Origin: Candidatus Bathyarchaeota archaeon
Lineage (GTDB): Archaea; Thermoproteota; Bathyarchaeia; Bathyarchaeales; Bathycorpusculaceae
DNA: 64,000 nt
Assembly: GCA_963717465.1 (NCBI GenBank)
Contig: OY970340.1
Coordinates: 1,408,001-1,472,000 of the forward strand
Direction: 5' to 3'
Part shown: one piece after another, positions 62,494-64,000 of the stretch
Layout of the letters: each line of letters starts with the position of its first letter
How positions within the stretch are numbered: the first letter of the stretch is position 1
Translations under genes and position numbers: made by a program
Notes under the pieces: generated by a model
Seen by the model: the letters and a program-made list of their open reading frames with translations, nothing else
What the model was told of the DNA's origin: nothing
The model's database searches: none

Positions 62494-64000
62494 AAAGAAT
62501 GCTTTACATACTGATACCGTTGCTTATCGGTCTTGGACTTAGGCTGTACCCGACGCTTATAACTGGAATGCCCTTCTCAACAGATGGCTGGCCAATAATA
62601 AGAAATACGGAGCTTTTAATTGAAAACACGCCTGTGCCTCTAAACAGTCAAATCTTTGATGGCTACAACAATTTCATGCCCGCAAACAGCCTTTTCGCAG
62701 CGATACTATCGCAAGTTACCAATATCCCACCGATTCAAATTTTGGCTCTTGGTATGCCACTGGTTGGAGCATTATCAATTCCAGTGTTCTACGTTCTAGC
62801 ATTCAAAATTACTAAGGTTTCGTCGGTATCACTGATTGCATCAATCCTTCTGGCAACTGCTTTTCCATTAACTATGTTTGGAGCAGGAGTTACGAAGGAA
62901 ACGTTTGCCACACCAATTTATTTGTCGTTAATTTTAATTTTTCTGCTTAAGCATGATTGGAAGACCACTTTGTTGTTCTCCATTGTTTCACTTGCGCTTG
63001 TACTTTCCCATCAATTAACCACATTCTTGACATTAGGAATAATGGGAGTCTTGGCAATCGCCATGTACTTTTCCCGAGATACTAATACCCACATAAACTC
63101 AAACAAGTCAAATGTTATTTTTATAACAATCTTATCAATTATCGCAGGAATCTATTATGGGTTTTACGCTACGCCTGCCCTGACAATTACTATAGAACCA
63201 AGCAGTGTATTAGCAGTTGGCGCTTACATGGTCCTTACAGTTACAGGCGTCTTGTACTTTGTATATAAACCAATGAAGCCATCTTTAATGAGAACACTTC
63301 TAAAATACACATTAAGCATTCTTATCCCCGTAATGCTTCTATTCATATCAACACAAGTAGCCCTGCTACCCGGAAATCCGACGCTTCCATTTAGTTTTTT
63401 TCTATTCGCTTTACCTTTCTTAATTGAAGCTCCATTAATTATGTATGGCATACACGATTTACGCAAAGGCAATACTTCACCAATAATTCCGGTTTTTTGG
63501 CTAGCATCAGTACTTGGACTTGCATGCTTCGTAATTTTTGATAATCCTTTGGGTGGAGCAGGGCTGGTTTACAGGTTTCTAGATTTTATACTTCCACCAT
63601 TTGTCTTGCTTGCAGCTATGGCTTTGAGTAAAATTTATTCGATTAAGCCGTGCTCCTTCGCTCCTAAGACAACTGCTAAAATCTCTGCTATTATGCTAAT
63701 ACTCATTATAGCTTGTACAAGTGTATACACTTTATGTGCAGCTGTCTCTTTGCAAGAACCAGATCTTGGCTACTTCTGGCGTTACGAACCGACTGAATAC
63801 GTAGCGTCAGAGTGGATTATGCTTCACGGAAATAACCAAACCTTAACTGCTGATGTAAAAACCCAATATCTTTTGCACGGTTACTTCGGGGTTAATGTCG
63901 ATGTTTTATCTGGATTAAACTACTTAGATGGAAATGGTACAGAACCCAAAATTATTTACATTTACAAAGAAATGGAAACAGACGGGTACGTCTTGTACGC
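62490..64000 (+). CDS. Multi-TM membrane protein, GT-C-like, running off the window end
   Basis: ATG overlaps the previous stop; MKRMLYILIPLLIGLGLRLYP...PFSTDGW (acidic loop after TM1). Appears open to 64000. Confidence 0.75.
   Translation, partial: MKRMLYILIPLLIGLGLRLYPTLITGMPFSTDGWPIIRNTELLIENTPVPLNSQIFDGYNNFMPANSLFAAILSQVTNIPPIQILALGMPLVGALSIPVFYVLAFKITKVSSVSLIASILLATAFPLTMFGAGVTKETFATPIYLSLILIFLLKHDWKTTLLFSIVSLALVLSHQLTTFLTLGIMGVLAIAMYFSRDTNTHINSNKSNVIFITILSIIAGIYYGFYATPALTITIEPSSVLAVGAYMVLTVTGVLYFVYKPMKPSLMRTLLKYTLSILIPVMLLFISTQVALLPGNPTLPFSFFLFALPFLIEAPLIMYGIHDLRKGNTSPIIPVFWLASVLGLACFVIFDNPLGGAGLVYRFLDFILPPFVLLAAMALSKIYSIKPCSFAPKTTAKISAIMLILIIACTSVYTLCAAVSLQEPDLGYFWRYEPTEYVASEWIMLHGNNQTLTADVKTQYLLHGYFGVNVDVLSGLNYLDGNGTEPKIIYIYKEMETDGYVLY

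Noticed and set aside
738..63472. Numerous short antisense or nested ORFs in the track (e.g. 738-1001, 1776-2099, 27175-27537, 46584-46898, 63224-63472)
   Set aside because: They are shadows of well-supported genes and carry no motifs.
1..64000. CRISPR array, rRNA or full-length tRNA
   Set aside because: No regularly spaced repeat-spacer units and no complete cloverleaf seen; only tRNA 3'-like fragments.

Overview
This is an AT-rich archaeal window. A Snf7/CdvB ESCRT-III gene, DUF1616, a CooC ATPase and TATA-like promoters point to a TACK lineage, plausibly Bathyarchaeia (inference). It has four parts. (1) 1-2.6 kb: UbiA-family prenyltransferase, ESCRT-III/CdvB and a stand-alone receiver protein. 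(2) 2.8-7.1 kb: a decaying toxin-antitoxin island (HicAB x3, RelBE-like, HEPN-MNT, VapBC, a HEPN stub) with an IS remnant and several tRNA 3'-end-like fragments. (3) 7.1-11.9 kb: CooC, then a compact NHEJ operon with stand-alone LigD polymerase, Ku, an unusual ligase-phosphoesterase fusion (+1 frameshift near its start) and DUF72. (4) 12.2-64 kb: a ~50 kb cell-surface glycosylation locus with many GT2/GT4 enzymes, two B12-radical SAM enzymes, methyltransferases, RmlD, GT-C-like membrane proteins, a beta-helix protein, kinase-like proteins and FtsX-like permeases, plus an IS5-family element with terminal inverted repeats (TIRs) and an 8-bp target-site duplication (TSD). The locus is split into three modules. 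Each module opens with a copy of the same uncharacterised basic ~110-125 aa gene and a conserved promoter/leader, which is the best candidate here for an undescribed system. All calls come from motif reading by eye; no database search was run.
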